DNA of 63,968 nucleotides, counting the filler, from Nanobdellota archaeon (lineage in GTDB: Archaea > Nanobdellota > Nanobdellia > B33-G15), in NCBI GenBank assembly GCA_003660925.1. It is 7 parts of 7 records of this genome, joined end to end, with 100 filler letters (N's around TTAATTAATTAA, not from the genome) between each part and the next. Parts side by side here need not be neighbours in the genome. Positions count along the whole stretch, not along the records: positions 1 to 10,262 come from QMVD01000021.1; positions 10,363 to 20,198 come from QMVD01000022.1; 5 more parts are not named here. One strand, 5' to 3'. Under the pieces are notes generated by a model that saw nothing but the letters and a program-made list of their open reading frames with translations, made no database searches and was not told the origin of the DNA. Both the position numbers and the translations under genes were made by a program. Below, in pieces: positions 9,837 to 19,377 of this stretch. Within the stretch, counting starts at the first letter, position 1; each line of letters opens with the position of its first letter.

Positions 9837-10262
9837 ATGAAGAATTACGCGAGGAAGTACGGCGATGCTCTTCTCTCCGTACTTGTCTTGGATGGAGAGG
9901 AGAAAGCAATCCTGAACGACTTGAAGTTCAGGGAACTCAAGGGAGGGCTTCCCCTTTCCTTCGTCTATGAGCAATTTCATTTGAAGAATGAGAAGTTCGT
10001 CTCCAAATTATTGAAAGCCAAAGTTCTTTACGATAAGGGCTTCATGGACATGTTGAAGAAGTCCATGAAGTTGGTGGAGCAGGTGAGGGAGAGGTTTGAT
10101 AAGTACATCTTATGTGTGGTGCTCTTCGGTTCTTGGTCGAGGGGGGAGGCGAAGGAGGACAGCGATTACGATCTGGCGGTGGTGGTGGACGACACGGATT
10201 TGAAGGAGATGACGAGGGTGGAGGCGAAACAGAAACTATTTGGGATCATAAATTCCGTGGCC
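9837..10262 (+). CDS. Nucleotidyltransferase (MNT/Pol-beta superfamily) domain protein, truncated by contig end
   Basis: VLFGSWSRGEAKEDSDYDLAVVVDD (GS...DxD motif). Confidence 0.85.
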
Positions 10263-10362
10263 NNNNNNNNNNNNNNNNNNNNNNNNNNNNNNNNNNNNNN
10301 NNNNNNTTAATTAATTAANNNNNNNNNNNNNNNNNNNNNNNNNNNNNNNNNNNNNNNNNNNN
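10263..10362. other. Artificial contig linker
   Basis: N-run + TTAATTAATTAA (stops in all frames) + N-run, 100 nt. Confidence 0.99.
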
Positions 10363-10948
10363 TCCTTATGTTCTCCTTTGCAACTACATCCAACCCTATG
10401 GTGGGCTCGTCTAGGAAGAGGACCTTTGGGTCGTGGAGCAAGGCTGTTATGAACTCACACTTCATCCTCTCCCCTAGGGAGAGGTTCCTGACGGGTATCT
10501 TCTGGACGTCCTTCACTTTGAGGAGTTTCACTAATCTTTCCAACCTCTCCTCGAACTCCTTCTTATCTATCTCGTATATCTCCTTCAGGAGGTGGAAAGT
10601 GTCCAAGGGAGGTAGGTCCCACCAAAGTTGGCTCTTCTGACCGAAGATGACCCCTATGTGCTTTACGTATTTCTCCCTCTGCTTCCAAGGGACAAAACCT
10701 AGGACCTTTGCCTCTCCTGATGTGGGGGTGAGGATGCCAGTCAACATCTTTATGGTGGTGCTCTTCCCCGCCCCATTTGGGCCTATGAAGCCTAAGAACT
10801 CTCCCTTCTTGACGTCGAAACTTATGTCATCCACAGCTACTTTTATCTTGTACCTTCTCCTCACCAATGATTTTAGGGACCCGATTATCCCCGGCTCCTT
10901 CTTGTAAGTCTTGAACTCCTTCCTTAATTCCCTCACCCTTATTATCAT
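10363..10948 (-). CDS. ABC transporter ATP-binding protein, 3'-truncated
   Basis: GPNGAGKST, LSLGERM and LFLDEPT. Confidence 0.92.
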
Positions 10949-10968
10949 GTGCCCCAGAAGTAGTCAGC

Positions 10969-10982
10969 AACTTTTAAAAGTT
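10969..10982. promoter_or_regulatory. Palindromic, probably bidirectional TATA element
   Basis: Perfect palindrome AACTTTTAAAAGTT centred ~27-28 nt from both divergent start codons (10948 and 11004). Confidence 0.6.
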
Positions 10983-11003
10983 AGGAGAGTCCTTGTAAAT
11001 ACG

Positions 11004-11150
11004 GTGATCGTCTGCAGTAATTGTGGGAGCAAGAATGTAAAATACATAGGTTCTGTGGTCGTCCCAACACCTCTCGTGAGAGAACTTGAGGTGGAAGTGG
11101 TGGAGATATATAAGTGTGAGGATTGTGGGGTTGAGTTCAGGGTTCCGTAA
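11004..11150 (+). CDS. Small zinc-ribbon protein (48 aa)
   Basis: GTG start; CSNC...YKCEDCG. Confidence 0.7.
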   Translation: MIVCSNCGSKNVKYIGSVVVPTPLVRELEVEVVEIYKCEDCGVEFRVP

Positions 11151-11181
11151 ACTTTTTAATCCCCTTCTCTATTTAACACGT

Positions 11182-12651
11182 ATTGAAGTCTCAGAAATCG
11201 AGAGGAAGAGAAGGAAAATACTAGAAGAGATAAGGAAGTTAGGGATAGACCCTTATCCGCATTCTTTCAAGATAAACGCTTCCATCCAAGATGTCATCAG
11301 AGAGAAGAACATGAGGAAGACCTACGTGACCGCTGGGAGGATAATGCAGCTTAGGGACATGGGGAAGATAACCTTCATAAACATAGAGAACGCGGAGGCG
11401 AGCCTTCAGTGCTTCCTGAGCGTGGAGAACCTCAAGGAGGATTACGCCTTCTTCAGAAAGTACGTGGGGAGGGGGGACATCATAGGGGTGAAGGGGAGGT
11501 TGTTCTATACCAAGAAGGGAGAACTCACCCTGAACGTGAAGGAGTTCAAGTTATTGACCAAGGCCCTTTTACCTCCCCCTCAGAAGTGGAAGGGGATAGT
11601 GGACGAGGAGATAAGGTACAGGAAGAGATATTTGGACCTAATCATGAACCAACGGACCAGGGAGATCTTCAAAAAGAGGGCCTTGATCATAAGAGAGATA
11701 AGAAACTTCCTGAACGAGAAGGGTTTCTTGGAGTTCGAGACACCCATCCTCCAACCAGTTTACGGTGGGGCTGCAGCAAAGCCCTTCATAACCCACGTGA
11801 ACTACTTGGACGAGGATTGGTACCTCCAGATATCTCCTGAGTTGTACCTGAAGAGACTGGTCATAGGGGGGTTCGAGAGGGTATATACGGTGGCGAGGAA
11901 TTTCAGGAACGAAAGTGTGGATGTGAGGCACAATCCGGAGTTCACCATGTTGGAGGTCTACCAGGCCTATGCTGATTATAATGATGTGATGAAATTAATA
12001 GAGGACTTGTTCTTATATGTTCACAAGAAGGTGTTCGGAACCCCAATCCTGAAACTGAAGGATGGGAGTAAGTTCGACTTGAGGAGGAGGTGGAGGAGGC
12101 TCACCATGCTTGACGCCTTGAAGGAGTACGCGGACCTAGATGTGGAGGGGATGAGCGATAAGGAGCTCAAGAGGTTGCTGAAGGAGAATGGGATAGAGCT
12201 CCCCTTCTACAATCGAGGGCTAGCCATAGCCGAACTCTTCGAGAAGTTATGCGAGCACGAGCTCATCCAGCCCACCCACATCATAGATCACCCTAGGGAG
12301 ACCACGCCTCTGTGCAAACTACATAGGAAGAACGAGAGCTTGATAGAGAGGGTGGAGAGTTACATAAACGGGGTTGAGCACACGAACGGCTACACAGAGT
12401 TGAACGACCCCATCCTCCAGGAGAAGTTCTTCCTGAAAGAGATGGAGCTCAGGAAGAAAGGGTATGAGGAAGCTCATCCCTTAGATATGGATTTCGTGGA
12501 GGCATTGAAGTATGGGATGCCTCCGACAGGGGGGGTGGGGATCGGGGTGGATAGGATGATCATGACTTTCCTGGGAGTGGACAGCATAAAAGAAGTGATA
12601 CCCTTCCCAATGGTAGCGAGAGGCTTCGATTTAGATCAGTCCCATACCTGA
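11182..12651 (+). CDS. lysS: Class II lysyl-tRNA synthetase (start codon uncertain)
   Basis: GIDPYP, OB-fold AGRIM, RYRKRYLDL, YGGAAAKPF, FRNE, HNPEFTMLE and GMPPTGGVGIGVDR. Confidence 0.96.
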   Translation: MEVSEIERKRRKILEEIRKLGIDPYPHSFKINASIQDVIREKNMRKTYVTAGRIMQLRDMGKITFINIENAEASLQCFLSVENLKEDYAFFRKYVGRGDIIGVKGRLFYTKKGELTLNVKEFKLLTKALLPPPQKWKGIVDEEIRYRKRYLDLIMNQRTREIFKKRALIIREIRNFLNEKGFLEFETPILQPVYGGAAAKPFITHVNYLDEDWYLQISPELYLKRLVIGGFERVYTVARNFRNESVDVRHNPEFTMLEVYQAYADYNDVMKLIEDLFLYVHKKVFGTPILKLKDGSKFDLRRRWRRLTMLDALKEYADLDVEGMSDKELKRLLKENGIELPFYNRGLAIAELFEKLCEHELIQPTHIIDHPRETTPLCKLHRKNESLIERVESYINGVEHTNGYTELNDPILQEKFFLKEMELRKKGYEEAHPLDMDFVEALKYGMPPTGGVGIGVDRMIMTFLGVDSIKEVIPFPMVARGFDLDQSHT

Positions 12652-12897
12652 AAGGACGTCCTCGTTGAGTTCCTCGAACTTCTTCAGGATCCTCTCCTTC
12701 TCCTTCCCAGTTATTTCCAAAGCCTTCCTCAGCGCTTCACATTTCTCAAAAAACTCTTCCTCCGCCTTTATGAAGAAGAAGTAACCTTCCCTGTCCTCTC
12801 CTAAGGACTTAGCAGAGACATACTCAAAGCCCTTCCTCTTCAACTCCTCATCCTCTTCTAGAGTTTCCTTCTTCTCCACGAAGAACACTTTCATCAT
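12631..12897 (-). CDS. Hypothetical protein
   Basis: Lys/Glu-rich ORF with the genome's typical codon pattern, downstream of the HAD gene. Confidence 0.7.
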   Translation of the reverse strand: MMKVFFVEKKETLEEDEELKRKGFEYVSAKSLGEDREGYFFFIKAEEEFFEKCEALRKALEITGKEKERILKKFEELNEDVLSGMGLI

Positions 12898-12914
12898 GCC
12901 CTGAGAAGGAAAAT

Positions 12915-13502
12915 TCACTTTTTAACTTTTATGAAATCCAAGACCTCTCTCCACTCCCTCACGTCCCTGCCGAACCTCAGGAACTTCAACCCCAATTTCT
13001 TGGCCGGGACTTCATCGTTCTCCGTGTCACCTATTACTAAGATATCCCTGCCAAACTCCTCGATCACCTTCTCGTAGGGCTCCGTGTCGGGCTTCCCCTC
13101 TTCCACGTCATCCGAGGTCACCACCAGGTCAAACTTCCACCCGAACTTCTTCAACACCAACTCGACGAACTCTCGGCTGCTCGAGGTCACCAAGGCCACC
13201 TTTCCCCTCTTCTTTAGTTCATTCAGGACCTCTGTTGCTCCCTTCATCTCCTCGATTTCGTCGAAATGCTTTAAGGTGTCCTCCCACTTTTCCTTCCAGA
13301 TCTCTTCTATCTCCTCCTCGCTTAACGAGGAGAACAATTCTTTTATGATGTCCTTCACTGGCCTGCCCATGAGCTCCTTTAATTTCTTCCTCAATCTCTC
13401 CTCGTCATCCAAACCCTTTCTCTTAAACACCCTTATAAAAGAGTCTATGTGGACCGGAATGCTGTTTATGAGGGTTCCGTCCAAATCTACTATGAAGTTC
13501 AT
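12915..13502 (-). CDS. HAD-family phosphatase (subfamily IA)
   Basis: DLDGT, VTSS, KP and IGDTEND motifs. Confidence 0.92.
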   Translation of the reverse strand: MNFIVDLDGTLINSIPVHIDSFIRVFKRKGLDDEERLRKKLKELMGRPVKDIIKELFSSLSEEEIEEIWKEKWEDTLKHFDEIEEMKGATEVLNELKKRGKVALVTSSSREFVELVLKKFGWKFDLVVTSDDVEEGKPDTEPYEKVIEEFGRDILVIGDTENDEVPAKKLGLKFLRFGRDVREWREVLDFIKVKK

Positions 13503-13544
13503 CAAATCAGCAACGTTTTTATTTATTTAAATCTTAACCCTTCC

Positions 13545-13718
13545 ATGGAGCTTCCCCTCTGGTTCGTGCTCTCCGTGACCTTGATCTTTTCCTTCACGTG
13601 GTTCTATCTCGCCTCTCACACCCTTTCCTTCATAGGCCCGTTCGCTTGGTCCCTTTTGACCTTGATCTTCTTCTTCCCTTGTCTAGTCTTGTGGCTCATT
13701 TATCTCAAAATATTGTGA
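13545..13718 (+). CDS. Small two-TM membrane protein
   Basis: 57-aa hydrophobic ORF after an AT-rich promoter-like segment. Confidence 0.6.
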   Translation: MELPLWFVLSVTLIFSFTWFYLASHTLSFIGPFAWSLLTLIFFFPCLVLWLIYLKIL

Positions 13719-13773
13719 CTAATCATAAATTTCCTTAAATATCCCACAAAAAGCTTAAATTTTAGGGCTTCTT

Positions 13774-14073
13774 ATGGATAAAGAGCGAAGGGGGGAGGGT
13801 AGAGTTATGACTAATAACAATTTAAGGAACTTGGTTCTAGAGGTCATTTCTTCCAAGTGGCCTTGCAACGTCACGGAGATCGCTAAGGAATTAGGCCTCC
13901 TCTCCGGGGACGAGAGAAAGGACAGGGTAAAGATAAACCTAATACTTTATCACCTGCGGAGGTTGGGACACGAGAACAAAGTGGTGATGAAGCGGATAGG
14001 GAGGAATTTGGTGGTCTGGCCCACTGAAGTGGAGAAGCTCAGGACGTTGAAGGAGTTGATGGAGGGGATATAA
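13774..14073 (+). CDS. Winged-helix transcription regulator (ArsR-like)
   Basis: VLEVISSKWPCNVTEIAKELG...ILYHLRRL...KRIGRNLVVWP. Confidence 0.75.
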   Translation: MDKERRGEGRVMTNNNLRNLVLEVISSKWPCNVTEIAKELGLLSGDERKDRVKINLILYHLRRLGHENKVVMKRIGRNLVVWPTEVEKLRTLKELMEGI

Positions 14074-14606
14074 TGGCCATACCTTCTCTATTCAAGAAGC
14101 TCCTCTTCTCTAAACAGTTCAAGTACGAGAAGGGGAGGTTCTACTTGATGACAGAAGTCCCTGGGGTGATCCTCCCCTTGGACGTGTGGGTGAAACTTCA
14201 GAAATCCCTTATGGATGTGGATAAGGATGAAGCGATCAAGATCATCTCCAAGATAGCTTTTGAACAGGGAGAGAATGCGGGGAAGAGGTATAAGATGAGG
14301 GTGACCAGTTCTTTCAAGGGGCTCCTGAAGTTCTCTAAGGAACTCTCCGAGGTCCTCGGCATGGGAGTCATAACTTACCTGAAGGGAAGCGGTTCCGAAG
14401 TTATCTTTAACATCTCCCCTTCTCCCTTCGCCGAGAGGTTCGTTGAACTCTACGGAAGGACCAAGGAACCGGTTTGTTACTACCTCTCCAACATCGCGGC
14501 TGGTGCCTTCAGCGGCTTCACTGGCAAGCGTTGGGTGGCAGAAGAGGTTAAGTGCGTAGCGAAGGGAGACCTCTACTGCCAAGTTATGTTGAGGGTGAAA
14601 AGATGA
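14073..14606 (+). CDS. V4R (4-vinyl reductase) domain protein
   Basis: GMG, PVCYYLSNIAAGAFS and EEVKCVAKGDLYC are V4R signatures. Confidence 0.88.
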   Translation: MAIPSLFKKLLFSKQFKYEKGRFYLMTEVPGVILPLDVWVKLQKSLMDVDKDEAIKIISKIAFEQGENAGKRYKMRVTSSFKGLLKFSKELSEVLGMGVITYLKGSGSEVIFNISPSPFAERFVELYGRTKEPVCYYLSNIAAGAFSGFTGKRWVAEEVKCVAKGDLYCQVMLRVKR

Positions 14607-15928
14607 AGTCGAGGAAGGAGCTGGAAAGGACGATTGATAAGAGGATAAGGTGGGTGGTGGAGTACGCTTATAAGCATTCTCCTTACTATCACAAGTTGTT
14701 CAAGGAAAGGGGTCTCACCCCTTCTGACATAAAAGGGAGAGAAGACCTGAAGAAGATACCTATCACCACGAAGAAGGAGCTCATAGAAGGCCAACCACCG
14801 AAGGGAGATTTCTCCTTCTTCTCCAGAGACCCGAAGAACAGGAAGATATTTCGCTTTTACACTTCAGGGACCAAGGGTTTGCCGAAGATACTCGCCCTTT
14901 CGGAGCAGGAGTTGGACTTGGTCATAGAAATATCTAAGAGAGCGTTCGAGATGGCAGGGATCAGGAGGGGGGATGTGGTGCTCAACTGCTACCCCATCGG
15001 GATAAACGCTTCTGGGATGCTCACGGTCTTGACTTTCGCCAGCATGGGAGTGGAACAAATTTCGGCTGGGGTGTCCCCCTTTCCCCCTAAACTGAGCCTC
15101 ATCAAGACCCACAAGCCGAGGGCCATGACCGCCCTCACTTCTTATGCGGACAGATTGGCAAGGGAAATATCCCTTCAGGGGGTAGACCCATCGACGTTAG
15201 GTATAGAGGTCATCGTGGTGGCCGGGGAGGCCTCCACGAGGAAGAAGAGGGAGAGGATAGCGGAGGAATTCAACGCAGAGGTTTACAACCTGTACGGAAC
15301 CACGGAGGGCAGGATGCCCCTAGCCATGGAGTGTTCGGAGCATAACTTACACGTGATGGAAGACGGAAACTACTTGATGCTCTACGACCCCAAAACAGGG
15401 GATTTCATAGAGAATGAAGGGGAGAAAGGAGTGGACGTCATGACCACGTTGAATTATGTTGGGAAGGGGCTTGGGACACCCTTGATAAACTACAGTCATG
15501 GAGATACGTTCGAGTTCATATCAGACAAGTGTGGATGCGGGAGCATCTTCAGAGTGATATCGGATGTGTGGAGGGCGGATGATGCGATAGTGATAAGCGG
15601 GGCCAAGATAGATCCAGCGGAGATAGAAGCGGTCCTTCACGAGCCCGGGAATTTTAAGAAATTGACTGGAGAGTGGGAGATGTTAGTGGATTTCGACGAG
15701 GAGGAGAGGGTATATGACTTATTACTTAGGATTGAGGCGAGGGGAAAGCCAGAGGAGGAATTAGGGGAGAAGGTCAAGAGAGAGTTGATGGAGCTGAACT
15801 ACCCGCTTGCGAATGAGACATCCATGGGAAGGATCCGTTTTAGGGTGGAGGTGGTCGGCAGGGGAGGGCTAGAACTTTACAAAGTGCCTGGAAAGCCTAA
15901 GAGGATATCCGACAAGAGGAAGTCATAA
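14603..15928 (+). CDS. Phenylacetate-CoA ligase (PaaK)-like adenylate-forming enzyme
   Basis: SPYYHKLF, YTSGTKGLPK, AGEA, YGTTEG, PLINYSHGD, CGCG and GKPKR. Confidence 0.88.
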   Translation: MKSRKELERTIDKRIRWVVEYAYKHSPYYHKLFKERGLTPSDIKGREDLKKIPITTKKELIEGQPPKGDFSFFSRDPKNRKIFRFYTSGTKGLPKILALSEQELDLVIEISKRAFEMAGIRRGDVVLNCYPIGINASGMLTVLTFASMGVEQISAGVSPFPPKLSLIKTHKPRAMTALTSYADRLAREISLQGVDPSTLGIEVIVVAGEASTRKKRERIAEEFNAEVYNLYGTTEGRMPLAMECSEHNLHVMEDGNYLMLYDPKTGDFIENEGEKGVDVMTTLNYVGKGLGTPLINYSHGDTFEFISDKCGCGSIFRVISDVWRADDAIVISGAKIDPAEIEAVLHEPGNFKKLTGEWEMLVDFDEEERVYDLLLRIEARGKPEEELGEKVKRELMELNYPLANETSMGRIRFRVEVVGRGGLELYKVPGKPKRISDKRKS

Positions 15929-16921
15929 CTTCCTGTAGACGTTGCTGAATCCATCTAGGTGTATGTCCAAATCTCTCCTCGGCCTTATCCTCTTAGCGAA
16001 GTCATTTTCTAATTGAGTCCACAGGACGTCATCCCCGAATCTAGTTATCCTTAACCTTCCTTCCTCTCCATATGGGACCAATTCTCCATCCTCGTCAACG
16101 ACGTCCACCTTGACCAGGGGGTTGGGATAATAGTTTAAGTTGTTGCTCCCATCATCGAAATGGAAGCAGGGACCCAGCAAGAAGTGGCCATACCAGCCCA
16201 CGACCTTCAATCCGAACTCTCTTTTCAGGCCAGCTAATACTTCGGGAGACATCTCCATCCCACCAAAGGCCATGACTCTTAGATCCATCTTCTCAAATAA
16301 TCCCCTTTCCTGAAGGAGGGGGATGATGAAGGGGACCACGACCATTCCACCTATCTTCTCCTCGGAAACGATCTCCTCCACTCGCTCCAACATGGGGTCA
16401 AAGTGTCTCATGACCTCTTCCCTCTTCCCTTCCATCAACTTCCTCTTCAACCCTCTTGTCTCCACGGGGATGAAAAAGGCCTTACCTCCCCTCTCCTCCA
16501 CCACTCTTTCCAGGTGTACCCTGTACAGCCCTTCTGGTCCAGGGATGATCCAATTGATGTCTCTCGGAACGCCTGAGAGGTCCAGACATTCGTCGTAATA
16601 TCTCACGATGATCTCGTTCGACTTCTTGGACCAAAAGACGACTTTTTGGGGCCCAGTAGTTCCAGAAGAGGTTGAAGGAAAGACCTCCTTAAGGCTCTTG
16701 GGTTTGAACAACTTGGGGTCCACGGTGAACTTCCCACCCACTATCCGGGGCAACTTCTCCTCGGGCTGTGGACCCACGTGGCATATGAAGTCCTCATAAC
16801 TTTCTATGTCCCTGGGTGAGATCTTGTGCTTTTTTGCGTACTTCACCCAATAAGGGGTCTCCTTGAAGTGGAGGCGAACCGCTTCGCTTATGGCGAGGTC
16901 GAGTTCTCTCTTGCTCAACAT
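15923..16921 (-). CDS. EhpF-like truncated adenylate-forming enzyme
   Basis: RLHF..TPYW, SSGTTGPQK, GGKAFFI..ETRGLKR, FGGMEM, WYG and VPYGEEGRL; 332 aa, lacking the ANL C-terminal lid. Confidence 0.72.
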   Translation of the reverse strand: MLSKRELDLAISEAVRLHFKETPYWVKYAKKHKISPRDIESYEDFICHVGPQPEEKLPRIVGGKFTVDPKLFKPKSLKEVFPSTSSGTTGPQKVVFWSKKSNEIIVRYYDECLDLSGVPRDINWIIPGPEGLYRVHLERVVEERGGKAFFIPVETRGLKRKLMEGKREEVMRHFDPMLERVEEIVSEEKIGGMVVVPFIIPLLQERGLFEKMDLRVMAFGGMEMSPEVLAGLKREFGLKVVGWYGHFLLGPCFHFDDGSNNLNYYPNPLVKVDVVDEDGELVPYGEEGRLRITRFGDDVLWTQLENDFAKRIRPRRDLDIHLDGFSNVYRKL

Positions 16922-16954
16922 AACGTATTAAAACTGGGTTTGAATTATAAAAAT

Positions 16955-17548
16955 ATGTTCCCATGCCCTGAAGCCTTTAAGAAGTTCTGCGAGCCCACGA
17001 GGTACGCGGAATCCGACGACCCTCGGATCATAAAGCTTGCGAGGAAGATAACCAAAAAGGATAAGACCCCAAAGCAGGCTGCGAGGAGCATCTTCAGGTG
17101 GGTGAGGGACAATTACCTTTGGGACATAAAACCCATTGTAGGGGCCAGGAGATTGTTGGAGAGGAGGGAAAAGAGGGCACTGTGCACGGATAAAACCAAC
17201 CTCTTCATCGCCCTCTGCAGGGCAGTTGGTATCCCTGCTAGGTACGTCCTGGCGGATTGTTGGTTGAAGATAAGGGATAAAGAGCTCCCGAGGAAGTCAA
17301 GGCATATATACGCCGAAGTCTGGACTGGGGAGGAATGGGAAGTCGCGGATCCTTCCTTTGGGAAGGGAAGCGAGAAGCTCTTTCAGATATGCGTCTTCGG
17401 CAAACCATCTTGGACGAGAGTTATTCATAAGAAGAGGATGAGGTCTTTATCGCCCCTGCTCGTCTTCATCGTAAACCTGATCATGAAGTACTCCTCGTTC
17501 TCCAGAGTCGTGAGGGAAGAGATGAGAAAAGTTGGTTACGGGAAGTAG
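16955..17548 (+). CDS. Transglutaminase-like (Cys-His-Asp) protein
   Basis: CTDKTNLFIALCRAVGIPARYV, HIYAEV and WEVADPS. Confidence 0.88.
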   Translation: MFPCPEAFKKFCEPTRYAESDDPRIIKLARKITKKDKTPKQAARSIFRWVRDNYLWDIKPIVGARRLLERREKRALCTDKTNLFIALCRAVGIPARYVLADCWLKIRDKELPRKSRHIYAEVWTGEEWEVADPSFGKGSEKLFQICVFGKPSWTRVIHKKRMRSLSPLLVFIVNLIMKYSSFSRVVREEMRKVGYGK

Positions 17549-18738
17549 TTCAGTGCTTCTCCGAGTTCCTGGTGTGCCTTAGCATACTTCTTTAAACTAA
17601 TCCCTTTCATCACGGCCTCTATCGCCTGTCTCATGGCTCTTGCCCCGCTCAAACTTCCTTTCGGGTGACCGTGGATCCCCCCTCCTGCCTGAATTATCAC
17701 ATCCTTTCCAAATATCTTCATCAATGAGGGGACCAACCCGGGATGTAATCCTCCACTCGCCACCGGGAAGACAGGTTTTACCACCTTCTTTTCCCTCAGC
17801 GCTTCGGCGATCTCTTTGACTTCCTCCTTCTCTCCCTCCATCTTCCCAACACCAGTCCCCACGTGAAGCTGGTCCACCCCCACTAGCCTCAAGCATTTAG
17901 CTAGGGCGAGCATGCTCATACCATGCTTCTTATTTCGGGTGAACGCGGCGTGCATCGCCCTGTGAGCGTGAATGACTAGTCCAAAGTCCATATCTCTCAC
18001 GCTCTGAAGGGCGGAAAAGCCTGAGGTGATGACGTCTATCATTACATATCTCCCTCCATGCTCTTTCACGAACTCTATCCTCCTGATCATCTCCTCGAAG
18101 GGAGCGGTGACGTTTGGCATGTAAACCTTTCTCTCTCCGGTCTCCTCTTCCGCTTTGTCCCTTGCCTCAAGAGTCCTCACTACTCTCTCCTCGAATGGGT
18201 TGAACCTCTGGTCGGTGAGGTTCTCATCGTCCTTGATTATATCACATCCTCCCAACCACGTCTCATAAGCGACTTCTGCGTGCTCCTTCGGCCCTAATCC
18301 TAACTTTGGTTTTATTATGCTCCCGAGCAGAGGCCTCCCTCTCACCTTCAATAACCTCCTCACACCACTTATCCCAAACCTCGGGCCTGGGAATGATCTC
18401 TCTAACTTTTTCGGGAAATGAACATCTTCCAACCTCAAGTTCTTGACAGCCTTCATGCCAAAGATGTTCCCCGCGATGGACGATAAGATCTGGGACATGT
18501 TTCCGGGTTCAAATAACTCTGAGGGATAAGCGATCTTTACCTTATTACCTCTTACCTCGAAGACCTTGGCTGCTAGCTTTTTCAAGTTCCTCTTGAAGGT
18601 CTTCACTTCCGTCCAAGTCCCTATGGAGCTTTCAGCGGCGACAGCCCCCGCATTTTTGCTTGGTTCGACGAGAAATTCAACGATCACGTCGTTTTTTGAA
18701 GGAGAATAATCGAGTTGGATGTAATCCTCATATCTCAT
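17536..18738 (-). CDS. rbcL: Form III RuBisCO large subunit
   Basis: AAESSIGTW, IAGNIFGMK, KPKLG, KDDENL, HAHRAMH, HVGT, GKMEG, ASGG and GGGIHGHP; catalytic residues intact. Confidence 0.95.
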   Translation of the reverse strand: MRYEDYIQLDYSPSKNDVIVEFLVEPSKNAGAVAAESSIGTWTEVKTFKRNLKKLAAKVFEVRGNKVKIAYPSELFEPGNMSQILSSIAGNIFGMKAVKNLRLEDVHFPKKLERSFPGPRFGISGVRRLLKVRGRPLLGSIIKPKLGLGPKEHAEVAYETWLGGCDIIKDDENLTDQRFNPFEERVVRTLEARDKAEEETGERKVYMPNVTAPFEEMIRRIEFVKEHGGRYVMIDVITSGFSALQSVRDMDFGLVIHAHRAMHAAFTRNKKHGMSMLALAKCLRLVGVDQLHVGTGVGKMEGEKEEVKEIAEALREKKVVKPVFPVASGGLHPGLVPSLMKIFGKDVIIQAGGGIHGHPKGSLSGARAMRQAIEAVMKGISLKKYAKAHQELGEALNYFP

Positions 18739-18768
18739 GAAAAGAAGAAAGAAAAGAGGTTTATTACA

Positions 18769-19377
18769 TTAACGCTTCTTTAAGAGACCTATGAGCAGAT
18801 AGGCATCTCCCTCTTCGGTGTTCAACTTGGAGAAGAGTGCGTTCACCGACTCTTCCTTCGCGAGAACCTTCTCACCCGTCAACTGTCTCCCGTAAAGCCC
18901 AGGTATGATGAGTTCCCTCGTGACATCTTTTCTTATCTTCTTCGCCAGTTCGAACACGCTTTCGGGCACTTCCCCTCTCGTGGTTGGGTAGAGCTCTGGC
19001 AACAGTCGCTGTAAAGCACGATAGACCCTCGGGTTCTGCGTCCTTGTGGCGACGAACCTGATGCCTTCCTCTTCGAAGACCCTTATCAACCTTTGGCAGA
19101 GATGCTTAAACAACCCTCTTCCTTGAAAGGCTCTCCTGATCACAGTTCCGCGCAAGAAACCTACTCTAATACCATCGATGTCCCTTAATTCATAAGAGGT
19201 AAAGCCCATGGGTTCATTGTCATCGTAGACCACGAAGATGCCATTCGTTTCGAGGGTGTTGTGTTTCACCTCTTCCATGGGAACTTTCTTTCCAAAACCA
19301 TCCTCTGCGACCTCATGCAACTTCCTCACCAAACCATCTCCAATTTCCCTTGGCTTCAACAGCTTCACTTCAAGCAT
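18769..19377 (-). CDS. GNAT-family N-acyltransferase
   Basis: Acetyl-CoA motif A VIRRAFQGRGL, and TRTQNPRVY. Confidence 0.8.
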   Translation of the reverse strand: MLEVKLLKPREIGDGLVRKLHEVAEDGFGKKVPMEEVKHNTLETNGIFVVYDDNEPMGFTSYELRDIDGIRVGFLRGTVIRRAFQGRGLFKHLCQRLIRVFEEEGIRFVATRTQNPRVYRALQRLLPELYPTTRGEVPESVFELAKKIRKDVTRELIIPGLYGRQLTGEKVLAKEESVNALFSKLNTEEGDAYLLIGLLKKR

